A stretch of 64,000 bases of DNA from Phoronis australis (Eukaryota; Animalia; Phoronida): the NCBI GenBank assembly GCA_002633005.1, contig NMRA01000300.1, forward strand, positions 72,336-136,335, written 5' to 3'. The translations under genes were made by a program, and so were the position numbers. The stretch's first letter is position 1; each line of letters starts with the position of its first letter. The notes beneath the pieces were generated by a model. That model was not told where the DNA came from. It made no database searches and saw only the letters and a program-made list of their open reading frames with translations. This document shows, piece after piece, positions 26,210 to 36,686 of the stretch.

Positions 26210-28386
26210 GTAAGAACGACGCACGATCTACACGCCAAATAGAGTGGCATAAAGATTTAGCCAAATGCCTGCACATTTTTTCTCAGATCTGTTGTGCAGA
26301 TCACGTGAAATTCTTTGTTATCCTACACGCGTGATGGTATGACCATAAAGTACGGGTCGTATTGTGAAGTGTTATATGGAAGAACTACTTTTCCGTATTC
26401 AACGCGCTTGAATATGGACCTTCCGTATTTAACGCGCGCTGAATACGGATGCCTCTATATTCTCGCGAAAAATTCCCAGCTGAGCACACAATACACAACA
26501 CTTTCTAAAATACGATTTTATATAAAGCATCACTCACTTTGGGTTCAGCTCCGTGCGCAATATTTTCACATGCCAATGCTAACTATGATATGAGTTTTCA
26601 AAACTAAACAAAAAAGTGAAATAAAGATATTGTTGACAATTTTTCTTAATATTTCGTGAAATTTTGGGCCAGAGCAGAACACTAAAGTCACAAAAAGTCT
26701 CGAACTTGCCACAATACATCTGGGATTAGGAAAGCAATATGCATTACCAATGCATGCCTCCTTTTGGTCAACTATTGCACTACACCACTTGAGGTTCTTT
26801 ACGGTCAAATGTGAGTCAACTTTTAAATTCGTTCTCAAAACAATCAAAATATGTCGAGCCCAAAAGAAAAAACTGCAACTGCAGTAAACATTGTATTGTT
26901 TTAATTTTATAATAAATTTCGGAATACTTTCAACCTAAAAATGATAAGAACTGCTCGCAAAGAGCATTTTAAGAAGCGTCTAAACGTGCATCTGCCACTA
27001 CGTCTGGGTGTCCTGCACGGATATTACTCAACGAAGTCAAGAAAAATCGTCAGAAACGTAAGCAAACTTCAAGTTAGAAATAGATTTAGCTCAATCTCTG
27101 AGGAAAATACTGAAAATAGCAGATGTGCACCCCAAGCCTGTAGCTGCTGTAAAATACAACTTGACTGCCGTGTCATGCAGGCTGCAAAAAATTCGTTCAT
27201 AAAAATATTGCGTGCACGTATACGTGTCACACGCTCTGCGATCATCATTGATAAAAGATGGCAAACGACACAAAAACAAGTGGAGCAATCTGTGAAAACT
27301 CGCTTCTTTAAAGAATCCTCAGTGGATTCGCCCTCGTTCACATACTTTTGCATATCACGAATCTCGATAATTATAATAACGACTGGTACAAACACCTACG
27401 TTTTATAACATATATTTATTACGACGTTATGCTTCTGCATTTTTATTTCATGAGGTTTTGAAAAATACAAATATTCATGTAACGACGAATTTAAGGAAAC
27501 ATTATGTAATCGAATACAGTCGTCTGTTTGTGTTTCGTCTGAACTTTTGGAAGACAACGCGACGATCTCTCGCAGCGCTAAAATTAATCCGTATAAATAA
27601 CAACTTTTCCAACGATTTTTTGTAAAGAAAAAACACAGTTTTCAGCTACATGTAAGTGACCGACTTGCATTGCTATTGGCAGATTTGCATATCGCACAAT
27701 TTACGCAATTACATTATCGCAGTCATTTTATGCAATTACCGGTAATTCTTCATAAACCTGCCAAAAGTGTCATAGACATCTTACTTTTTAATGAACATTG
27801 GGTGCAAACTCTCCGATCTGTCGGAACTCGTTTCAAAGTTGCCCCCTCCCCTGTGTTTAGTGAAATATGCACCAAGGTTGTCTTTCTTTCAGCAGATCCA
27901 CTCCCATGCGGTCGCCAACAATTTTACGTTTGGCGCCCCTTTTTGCGTACTTCTGTTGACAACTGATGGTCCATGTATGTATACAGATACGCTGAAGTAT
28001 GGGTTGATTAATTATTGAAATAAACTTTGAATCATTCCACGACTTCTAACAGGAAATGATTCTTACGGTTGCTTAACTATTTATTTTTTTCAAAAAACAT
28101 AAAACTTTTCATTTTACATCTCGTAAGGGTCTCCTTCCAAACGCTTACCACGACGTTTGCAATCCTAGAGCCACCGGAATAGCATAGCCCGTAGAAGTTT
28201 ATTTTATTTTACACCAGGTTCGTAAATCGTCTGCTAATTTCTGCAAGATAACAAAAGCTCTACTGACACACCGATGTGGAGCGTTGTAGGCAGGTAAAAA
28301 ACTATAAGAAATATTAATAGAAAGGCGCAGTAACACCACGTGGGGAACACACTATTGTTAACATTGCGTTGAATGTCTATTTTTAG

Positions 28387-28576
28387 ATTTATATAACCAC
28401 CATCACGGCTGTTCTTTTTATCATTCCTACTGTCACCATCGCTACCTGCTACGCAGTTATCATCCACGTCATTTGGAGTAAGTCAAAAGTGATGACGACA
28501 CCTTCGTCAACTTCGCGCGGCAGCGGGAAATGGCTACGTGATCACGTGAGACGACTTACGAGAAGGAGCACGAAAA
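28387..28576 (+). CDS. CCAPR: CCAP/NPS-type GPCR exon 6 (TM5-ICL3); 3' boundary ambiguous
   Basis: TTTTAG acceptor; IYITTITAVLFIIPTVTIATCYAVIIHVIWSKSK... (TM5 FIIP...CY...IWSKS); phase-1 donors after 28477, 28576 or 28582. Confidence 0.88.
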
Positions 28577-29161
28577 GTAAGGGTAACTAGAGTGTCACGT
28601 GCTATTCTAATATCACGTGTACCTCCGTGAGACACACATGTAAACGATGCACTCGATCTTCGGAAGTTGTCATTGTGTCCTGGTTCGACTGAGTTCCTTG
28701 TTGATTTAGCACATTTTGCAACGAACCTTTTCACATTTTCCAAACTAAACGTTTGCCGATTGACGAGAGTATTACACTTGTATTATGTTGCTGTTGTTAA
28801 TATGATATCCTATTGAACGGGTATAATCGAATCAGAAAATCTAAACTGTTAGCGCTTCTAATCTAGAAAGTCTTTACATTTTAGGAGATTTTAACGTGAC
28901 CTTAGAGATATCGACTTTTGCAATCACGAGGTGTGAGGTAACCTAATTACTCGTCATTTCTTCCGACCAAGCTTATAGAATTTCAGGCCACGCCCGAATT
29001 ATTTTGAAGCCGTGAAACCACTTTCATTTTGACGAAGGAACAATTTCAGACCAATAGCGGATTTGCAGCGACGCCATATTGAAATTAGGTTAAAATGGTG
29101 CATTGTAGGTGCTGTGGTCAGGATCCCGAAAGCAGCCATAGTAACAAGCATAATACGCGTT

Positions 29162-30412
29162 ATGAGCGCGAAGCAAACTTACGGCGGTTACACTTGTTGT
29201 GTTCCTGGCTGCTTCAAAAACAACAAGAGAGATAAAAATCTGAGTTGTTATGTGTTCCCTGCAAACCAAGAACTTCGTGAAAAATGGATAAAGAACATTG
29301 GGAGAGCTGGGAGTAAGGGGAGATTGAGCGCATTCAAACCAACGCGGGGCATCTAGGCAACATGTAGCCCCTCAGTTGGCCATATAGGGGCTGCAATACT
29401 TCCATTCGCTTTCTGTACACATTTCGCTACTTCAGTGTATTTTAAACGGGCCGTGACCTGATTTGGGTTACCGATTTCGAGTTCTCAGAGTGAAAAATAC
29501 ATTCTACACTGAAAACCATCATTAAAAAAAAAAAAAAAAAAAAAAAAAAANNNNNNNNNNNNNNNNNNNNNNNNNNNNNNNNNNNNNNNNNNNNNNNNNN
29601 NNNNNNNNNNNNNNNNNNNNNNNNNNNNNNNNNNNNNNNNNNNNNNNNNNNNNNNNNNNNNNNTAAAAAAAAAAAAAAAAAAAAAAAAAAAACGCTTACT
29701 TTCATCATTGGTCCTCTCTACTTCTATACATATCTTTGATGAAGCTTAGTTGTGAGTATTAAGTTGACTTTGGAGAAGAATTCCAAGTCCACTTTTTTGG
29801 TTGCCGTTCACCGCGCGCGCGATAACCACAAAATATGTCAACTGAGTCACGTGAGTTAGGCAAAGGTTAGCGCAAGACTGAGCGAAGCGCGTGACGCTAT
29901 CTCGCGACACTTGTAAAATAGCATGAGACGGTATCGGGTGAAATTTGTAAGATATGTGTCCCTTAGACTTTTTATTCGTCAACATGCGTGATTTCACGTA
30001 ACTTCCTCAAAATGGCACCCGGTAAGAGAAACTCGAGCAAACCGCGACAGATTTTCATCGATTTATTCAAGTTTTGCTGACTAAATTGTATCCAGAATCG
30101 TGGTATGTATGGTTCATTTGGTTTTATTTGCTGTATTTTGAAATGAGTAACTCTTTGTGAGGATGTACTAGTTATCGTCCCTGTATGTCTGCGGCATCAA
30201 GGGCGATGTAATTGCCTAGGGGCCATCGTGTGTGCAGCGAACATTTTCCTGGCGGGAAAAAGACGTATGAGAACAACATTCCGACGGAGTTCCCTCTTAA
30301 ATGTATCGCCTCTAGCACTCCACGGCGAAAGCTACAAAAGTTAAGCCACCCGAGAACTCTCAACTTGTCTGAAACCGGACTGAGGCGGAGATTTAGAAAT
30401 CAACGCCGATAG
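29162..30412 (+). pseudogene. THAP zinc-finger (transposase N-terminus) remnant split by an insertion
   Basis: MSAKQTYGGYTCCVPGC...YVFP...REKWIKNIGR...FKPTRG (29162-29350) joins in frame to GHRVCSEHFPGGKKTYENNIPTEFP (from 30221), giving a full C2CH THAP signature. Confidence 0.88.
29354..30218. mobile_element. Nested non-autonomous element, TAG..CTA termini, ~9-bp TSD (AcademH-like; hATm or MuDR not excluded)
   Basis: TAGGCAA... / ...TTGCCTA ends; flanks GGGGC-ATC (29346-29353) and GGGGCCATC (30219-30227); contains poly-A runs around the N gap 29551-29663. Confidence 0.75.
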
Positions 30413-30848
30413 CCCCAATACTGAACATGACGACAGTCGTGCCCTCGGTCACACGGTCACTGATTATAGCTACGCTGTGTTTACAAACGAGAGAGAGGAC
30501 TTGCTTGGTATTATAAAGCAAAAAATGAAACACGGTTTTTAGTTGGCAAATCGCTCCAAATGCACACACTATCCAGCCTGCTCACGACATGCGTGACCAC
30601 AAGCTATCCCATGAGCCTTCGCGCAGGAAGTAACTCGCACATGCGCAATGCGTAGCTCATTTGCGCTGCAAATCCGCTATTTTGTTGCGGTAAGCATATA
30701 GCCAACTTGTTTTGAGGAGAAAGCGTGTATTTATTGGCGTTTTATGACATGTTTACATATTCAGTCTGCAGAGTTCACACTTTGCAGTTTGCCAGAATGA
30801 AGCTGTTTCTTTACTTAACTGAATGATGGATCGTCTGCTTCTCTTCAG

Positions 30849-30980
30849 ACGGTGAACCGATGTTGTCTGAAAGCCTGACGTCAAACCCCAGCTGCACGGA
30901 TGCTAGCCACTCAAGCTCTCGCGGAGTGATACCGCAGGCAAAAATAAGAACTATCAAAATGACCCTAGTTATTGTTACTG
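30849..30980 (+). CDS. CCAPR: CCAP/NPS-type GPCR exon 7 (ICL3-TM6)
   Basis: CTCTTCAG acceptor; ...HSSSRGVIPQAKIRTIKMTLVIVT matches the CCAPR SSRG.IP.AK..T.KMT motif; G|GTAAGT donor. Confidence 0.95.
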
Positions 30981-31310
30981 GTAAGTAGAAATGCGAGTAA
31001 TCCTGAAGTTCATTGACACGTTGCATAACATGCGAGATACGTCTACTGCAGTTCTGATGCGTGGCGATATGTCGCGAAGACTTACGTGTTTTCTCAAAAC
31101 TGGAAGGAATTATCAAAATGCATATTATCCCATGTTTGCAGGCATATTCTTACAGTAATCTATATCACTGCACATAAAGTATTACCGCTACTCAATAAAA
31201 CTTGTTTTTCAGACTGGTAGACAGCCGAGTTCTCTGAATACACTGTGGCAGTAGACTTACATGTTTGTATGCTGCATGTTGAGACGTCTTCTAAAACTTT
31301 ATTGTTGCAG

Positions 31311-31479
31311 CCTTTGTGTTCTGTTGGAGTCCCTTCTTCGTCATCCAGATGATGTTAGCCTACTCGTATCACGTGCCGATGGCGGTGAGCGTGATGGGAC
31401 AGAGCCTGGGCGTGTTGAATAATCTGGCCAACCCTATCGTCTACGGAATATTCAGCACTAGAGTTTGTACAAATCTCAG
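31311..31479 (+). CDS. CCAPR: CCAP/NPS-type GPCR exon 8 (TM6-TM7-helix 8)
   Basis: TTGCAG acceptor; (A)FVFCWSPFFVIQMMLAYSYHVPMAVSVMGQSLGVLNNLANPIVYGIFSTRVCTNL with CWxP and NPxxY; AG|GTGAGC donor, phase 2. Confidence 0.95.
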
Positions 31480-32617
31480 GTGAGCCAGTGAGCATGACCA
31501 GTTTCATTAATCTGACTCATGCAACCTTTTCCAAGGTGGGGCATCACCCATTGACTCAAACGCCTCCTAGTGACTGCTGTTACATACACAAAATGGCGTT
31601 GAATTTTTTTCCTCATCACTTTTTCCTCGTCGTATTCCACAATTTGAAAGGGTGACTTCTTCGTATAAAATATATTAATACTGCGCATGGGTTTTTCCAA
31701 AGCTGGTCACAAACGTCCATGTACCATAGGTGTCGCTATACACACCAACCATGGAACTGTCTCGATGAAAAAAGACATGAAGTTGTGCACCCGAACCTTC
31801 GACAGTGAGAGAAGTGGAGTCCGGCACTGTTTTAGAAACTTCTGTTTCGAATTTGTATTGCTACATACTCCTGGTATGTGACAAGCAACATTAACATTCT
31901 GGTCTGTAAACGTGCGACATCGTCCATCTTTTCTCTCTGCAAGTCTCGCTGCCCGACGTCCACCTTACTTTCATACCTTATTCACTGCAGATGCTTGGGG
32001 AAAATTTCCTTTTTGCTTTCGTTTCTTCTTTAGGGTGCCCAGTCAACAAACGGTTGTACAGGAACATGTAAGTGTCCGATATGCTCAAGCCGTCGTTAGT
32101 TAGAATGGAATTTCCATCGAGTATTATAAAATTGCGTGTCCGTTGTTTTTGAACACTCTGGAAATGCTGTTGTGACTAATAGTCGACATGGTTTGAGCCA
32201 CCATGGTGTACTTCCATCCTCACTCAGAGTGGACAATTTTGTCGACTGTCGTAATTAAGGGCCGGTATTTATATATTAAAGTAGACAATAGTTCATTTCT
32301 TCATTTGACCCCCCCCACCCCCGTTCCAGGTATTGGAGGTCAAAATATAGAGTCATCTTGTTGGCATCCGTCAGTGTGTCTCGTTTTCAAGCAATTTGAA
32401 AAATATTCCAGGATAGTAGAATAAACATTAAATTCAAATGAAGTCACCTGAATTCAGTACCAATTGAATACATTTCTCAAACTCTCTGAATTTGGCTCTT
32501 GTCCCTGGGATACATCCACAGAATTTAAAAAATACATTGTGAATGAAAAATTCTCGTCGTGGTTTAGACTTGTATGTACAATGATGCCAATGTTTGCTTT
32601 TATTCTACCCTTCACAT

Positions 32618-33885
32618 TAGTGTCATTAAAAACTGCACTCGGCCTTGAGTAAATTATTTACGGTTGTCGGAAAATATGTCGTTCTACTGTTATTCAGCTG
32701 TAAAGTTGTGGAGTGGTCTTTTCCGTCGGCTTTCGGCGCCATGAAATATTCCGTCACTTGTTGGCCAGTTTCTTTTTTTCGCCGATTCTTCAATCAACTG
32801 TTCTTCTTCCACGAGCTTGCGTACATGTTACAATAGATTATCCGAACAGGTTTCATTTCGTTAAAAGTTTCTAGTATTTTAATGCCAGCAAACTTAATTT
32901 CAGAACAAACTTTGCTGCTACAAAGCTTCATTATCTCCCGAATCACGAACGTAAAGTTTTCAAAACGACGACAGACGTTTCTTTGTTACAAAAGGCGGAC
33001 AATTATGCAAGGAAATGACGTTTATTAGATTTTTTCCACTTAAACAGCTGTAAAGGGCAAGGTGAGTGTCGGTTGATTCCCAGATTTTGCATGCACCCCC
33101 ATCGGTCATTAACTCCAGATGTTGATTATGTATAAGTTTCACGACGAGGTGACGAGAAGAACTACCCGAGCTGTGTGAAATTTCGGGGTCTAATGGAGCT
33201 CAACATATAGTGTAGACAGCCAGCAAACTGTATGAAGACCATCGTCAAAATGCAGCTAGGTACCAATGTGTGTTGAGCTTCGTTAGACCCCGGAATTTTA
33301 CGCAGCCCGGGTACTTCTGTTCGTCACCTCGTCGTGAAACTTATATCAACATCTAAAATTAACGACCGGTGGTGATGCATGCAAAATCTAGGAGTCAACC
33401 GACTTTCACGTTGCCCGTTACAGCCGTTCAAGTGAAAAACCCAGCCATCTAAAAACATCATTTCTCTTGCATAATTCTCCACCTTTTGTAACAATGAAAA
33501 TTATGTCGTTGTTTTGAAAACAGTAGCCTCGTGACACGCGCGCGCGCCGTTTCCTATTTTTTTCGACATCTCTCGGAAAATGATGGCAACTTCGAAACAC
33601 CAAAGTTCATTCTGAAATTCGGTTTGCTGGTCTTATAATACTAAAAATGAAATGAATCTAGTTCAGATAATTTGTTGTGACATGTACACAACCTCATGGA
33701 AGAAGAACAATTGATTTCAGAATCGAGGAAAAGGAATCTGGCCAATAGGTGACGCCATATTTTATGGCGCCGAAAGCCGACGCAAAAGAGCACCGCAAAT
33801 TTAGCAGCAGAGTAACAGTAGAACGCCATTTTTTCCGGTAAGTAATTTAGTTTTTCAAGGAAGAGTGTAGTATTTAATGACACTA
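32618..33885. mobile_element. 1.27-kb foldback (palindromic) element
   Basis: TAGTGTCATTAA ... TTAATGACACTA ends; arms align for ~600 bp each (e.g. AAGTTTCACGACGAGGTGACGA vs TCGTCACCTCGTCGTGAAACTT) around a short spacer near 33225-33250. Confidence 0.88.
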
Positions 33886-34260
33886 GTTTTGTGTCAAATT
33901 TTATTTGGTCAATTTTTTACCCACATCGTCGCAAAGCTACATAGAGTGGTACCTAGCTGTATCTTCAGTGACGACAATATTCATACAGCTAGCAGGCTGG
34001 CTATCTTCAAGTGGGCATACAAAGAGTGAAAATAGTCCGATAAGATGGCTACACTACGATAAAACACCCGGAATTGACATGGCCGGCCATACTGCTTCGT
34101 TGGCTGAAACTAGCCTGGCAAGCGAACGTCACTAGACTGTTTGGAAGCAATGGCGAACTGTCAGCTGTCTGAAGCCTAGAAATATTATCTATTTTTTACA
34201 TCAAGACCATTTCATGATAACGCTAAGTGGCCTAGGGCTATTTCATTTCTTGTTTTACAG

Positions 34261-34486
34261 AGAAATCCGAGTCGTCAACTGGCTGCTAAACAAGATATGT
34301 TGCTGCCTTTGCAAACCTGCACACGACAAACGACGAAATGGTCACTACGACCACAGCACGACAACGGATTATCTATCAACGACCGAATCACCGCATAACC
34401 ATGGACAGAGGCACGACTCTATCGCTTACCACAGCGTCGGACGTAGCTCCTCTCGGGGAGCCTTTAAAAGTACCACACAGATGTGA
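34261..34486 (+). CDS. CCAPR: CCAP/NPS-type GPCR exon 9 (C-terminal tail, stop)
   Basis: TTTTACAG acceptor, phase 2 compatible; (R)EIRVVNWLLNKICCCLCKP...GAFKSTTQM*; Cys cluster and Ser/Thr-rich tail. Joined CDS is 1341 nt, 446 aa, without internal stops. Confidence 0.85.
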
Positions 34487-34686
34487 GACTCACAGCCAGA
34501 TACATGTATAGTGACGGTTGGAGATCAGAGACATCCCCCGAGGACGTGACAAGAACAACGCCATCACCATGTCAATTTGCGGTTTTCTTGAGCATTTTCC
34601 GTTCAAAATTTGCTTTTGGGACTCCCTTACGAGATCTGTCAACGTTCGTCTATTTGACACGCCGGTGTTTCATCACTCGCGTATGT

Positions 34687-35886
34687 ACCAAAATCGTGGC
34701 GAAGATAGCGCCAAATGCTCCCAGTAAATGACCGTGATGCATCTGAACCAGCTGAAGACACTCATTGTTATATTTGGTCAAGTGGAGACAATGCGTGAAA
34801 GAAGTACATCATTGGCCAGGATAACTACATGTACGTTATCAGACATGACTACAACTTCTACTGCTTGTTTCGTTTCTGGCCTTTTTGTCATTTGAACATC
34901 ACGGAAGATAGCGCTTGAAGTTTTTGAGTGGGTCGGACTGAGACGCCTCTTTTGGTTGTATGCGAAACAGAAATTTGTGGAACCTACCTTAAGTGTTCAG
35001 GGGACGCGTTTGTTATTCCCGTGGGGAAACGCATGCCACGTGGGACGTCGACGCATTTGGAACGTCGTTTCGGCCGCACTAATTTGTCGTTTTAGAGTGT
35101 ACAGTAGAAATGTTTGAGACAAACCGAAAAGCTGAAGGTGCGAATCAATAATCACACTTGCTCGTAAAAATTCATGATATGAAGTGAAGAAGTGATGGAC
35201 GGTGAATGTATTCTTGCCGTGTTCTGGGTATGACCGAATGTCAGTTTTGTACACCTACCATGGGTCTAGCTACCACTTGTCTCCTNACCAAAATCGTGGC
35301 GAAGATAGCGCCAAATGCTCCCAGTAAATGACCGTGATGCATCTGAACCAGCTGAAGACACTCATTGTTATATTTGGTCAAGTGGAGACAATGCGTGAAA
35401 GAAGGACATCATTGGTCAGGATAACTACATGTACGTTATCAGACATGAGTACAACTTCTACTGCTTGTTTCGTTTCTGGCCTTTTTTGTCATTTGAACAT
35501 CACGGAAGATGTCGCTTGAAGTTTTTGAGTGGGTCGGACTGAGACGCCTCTTTTGGTTGTATGCGAAACAGAAATTTGTGGAACCTACCTTAAGTATTCA
35601 GGGGACGCGTTTGTTATTCCCGTGGGGAAACGCATGCCACGTGGGACGTCGACGCATTTGGAACGTCGTTTCGGCCGCACTAATTTGTCGTTTTAGAGTG
35701 TACAGTAGAAATGTTTGAGACAAACCGAAAAGCTGAAGGTGCGAATCAATAATCACACTTGCTCGTAAAAATTCATGATATGAAGTGAAGAAGTGATGGA
35801 CGGTGAATGTATTCTTGCCGTGTTCTGGGTATGACCGAATGTCAGTTTTGTACACCTACCATGGGTCTAGCTACCACTTGTCTCCT
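34687..35886. other. ~600-bp duplication across a single N (probable uncollapsed haplotypes) in the GPCR 3'UTR
   Basis: 34687-35285 is repeated at 35287-35886 around the N at 35286 with a few SNPs and a 1-bp indel. Confidence 0.85.
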
Positions 35887-36680
35887 ATTTGGACGGAGTT
35901 GCTCACAATACCAAGATGCCTGCTGTAGTCTGAACTAGATATCTCCGTCGTTGGACTAATCTAATCTAATGCTCTGTTAGGCTTGGCAAGCGTCACTAGC
36001 CCCTTACAAAGTCTATTGAATTGGAATTAACGCCATATCGGGCCTATGACTGGACAGTGGGAACAACTGTGATACTGCTTGTTCGGTTGTTTCACAATGC
36101 AATTTCTGCATGGACGATATTTCTCTTCAATAGTCCTCCAAATGGTTAGCCACGCCTGTAAGGAGATTTCAATCTCCGGCTTGCACCAAACTATTTATTT
36201 ATTCTTCGTTAATCTCTGTCGGTGTGTCTTAACAGGGTTTAGTATGAGTTTAAAGTAAATGTGAATCTCTTCGAAGAATAACTAGTCATTAGCGTGTGCA
36301 ACGTAAGGCCAGCACTAGCTGAGAGTTATACGTGGCTGGTGGGCGAGTTATCAGACATGAGCACCTAGTAAGAATTTTGCTGAAAAACAGGTTAGTGCCC
36401 TGACGCGCGCTTTAGTTGTTACAGCCCACAGCTCATTGCTTTTCGCGACTTACGTACTAAACACGTACAATGTATATAGACATGACACGTATAATGGTGG
36501 CGAAGAAGAAAACTAGCCGAATGAAGTGTGACAACAATTACAAATAACCGGAATAGCCGGAAATCTGCGACATTTCTTTGGGTCGATGTAATCACCATTG
36601 TTCGCTCGCTAGGTGTCGCTTTCATTGTTTATCGTTGATTAGTTGTTTGTGTAAATGTTGTTGATGAAATCGTGCAAGCA

Positions 36681-36686
36681 AATAAA
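36681..36686 (+). terminator. Candidate polyadenylation signal of the GPCR gene
   Basis: AATAAA ~2.2 kb after the stop (~1.6 kb without the duplication), followed by GT/T-rich sequence. Confidence 0.45.

Larger units (their letters stand above)
29056..30678 (+). mobile_element. ISL2EU-type deletion-derivative transposon retaining a THAP coding region
   Basis: Perfect TIR AGCGGATTTGCAGCG / CGCTGCAAATCCGCT, AT on both sides (29054-29055, 30679-30680); internal THAP coding sequence, no DDE domain. Confidence 0.8.

Noticed and set aside
26345-27420. Crypton-like element (two TATTCAACGCGC..GAATA-type palindromes at ~26392-26448) and ORFs 26941-27408 / 27069-27395
   Set aside because: Palindromes are suggestive, but I could not define boundaries or find a recombinase motif; the ORFs have no recognisable domain.
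29063-30412. Functional host THAP gene with an intron
   Set aside because: The interruption has TIRs and a TSD rather than GT-AG ends, and the whole region sits inside transposon TIRs.
14787-31479. Vasopressin/oxytocin, GnRH or AKH receptor assignment
   Set aside because: T.QL start of TM1, SRMNFFI, STYVLVALSIDR.DAI and SSRG.IP.AK fit the CCAP/NPS branch better, as does the intron-rich structure. A phylogeny is still needed.
34687-35886. Real tandem duplication or duplicated 85-aa gene (ORFs 34997-35254 and 35598-35855)
   Set aside because: Copies meet exactly at a single N and differ only by allele-level changes; the ORF is antisense to the GPCR 3'UTR with no recognisable motif.
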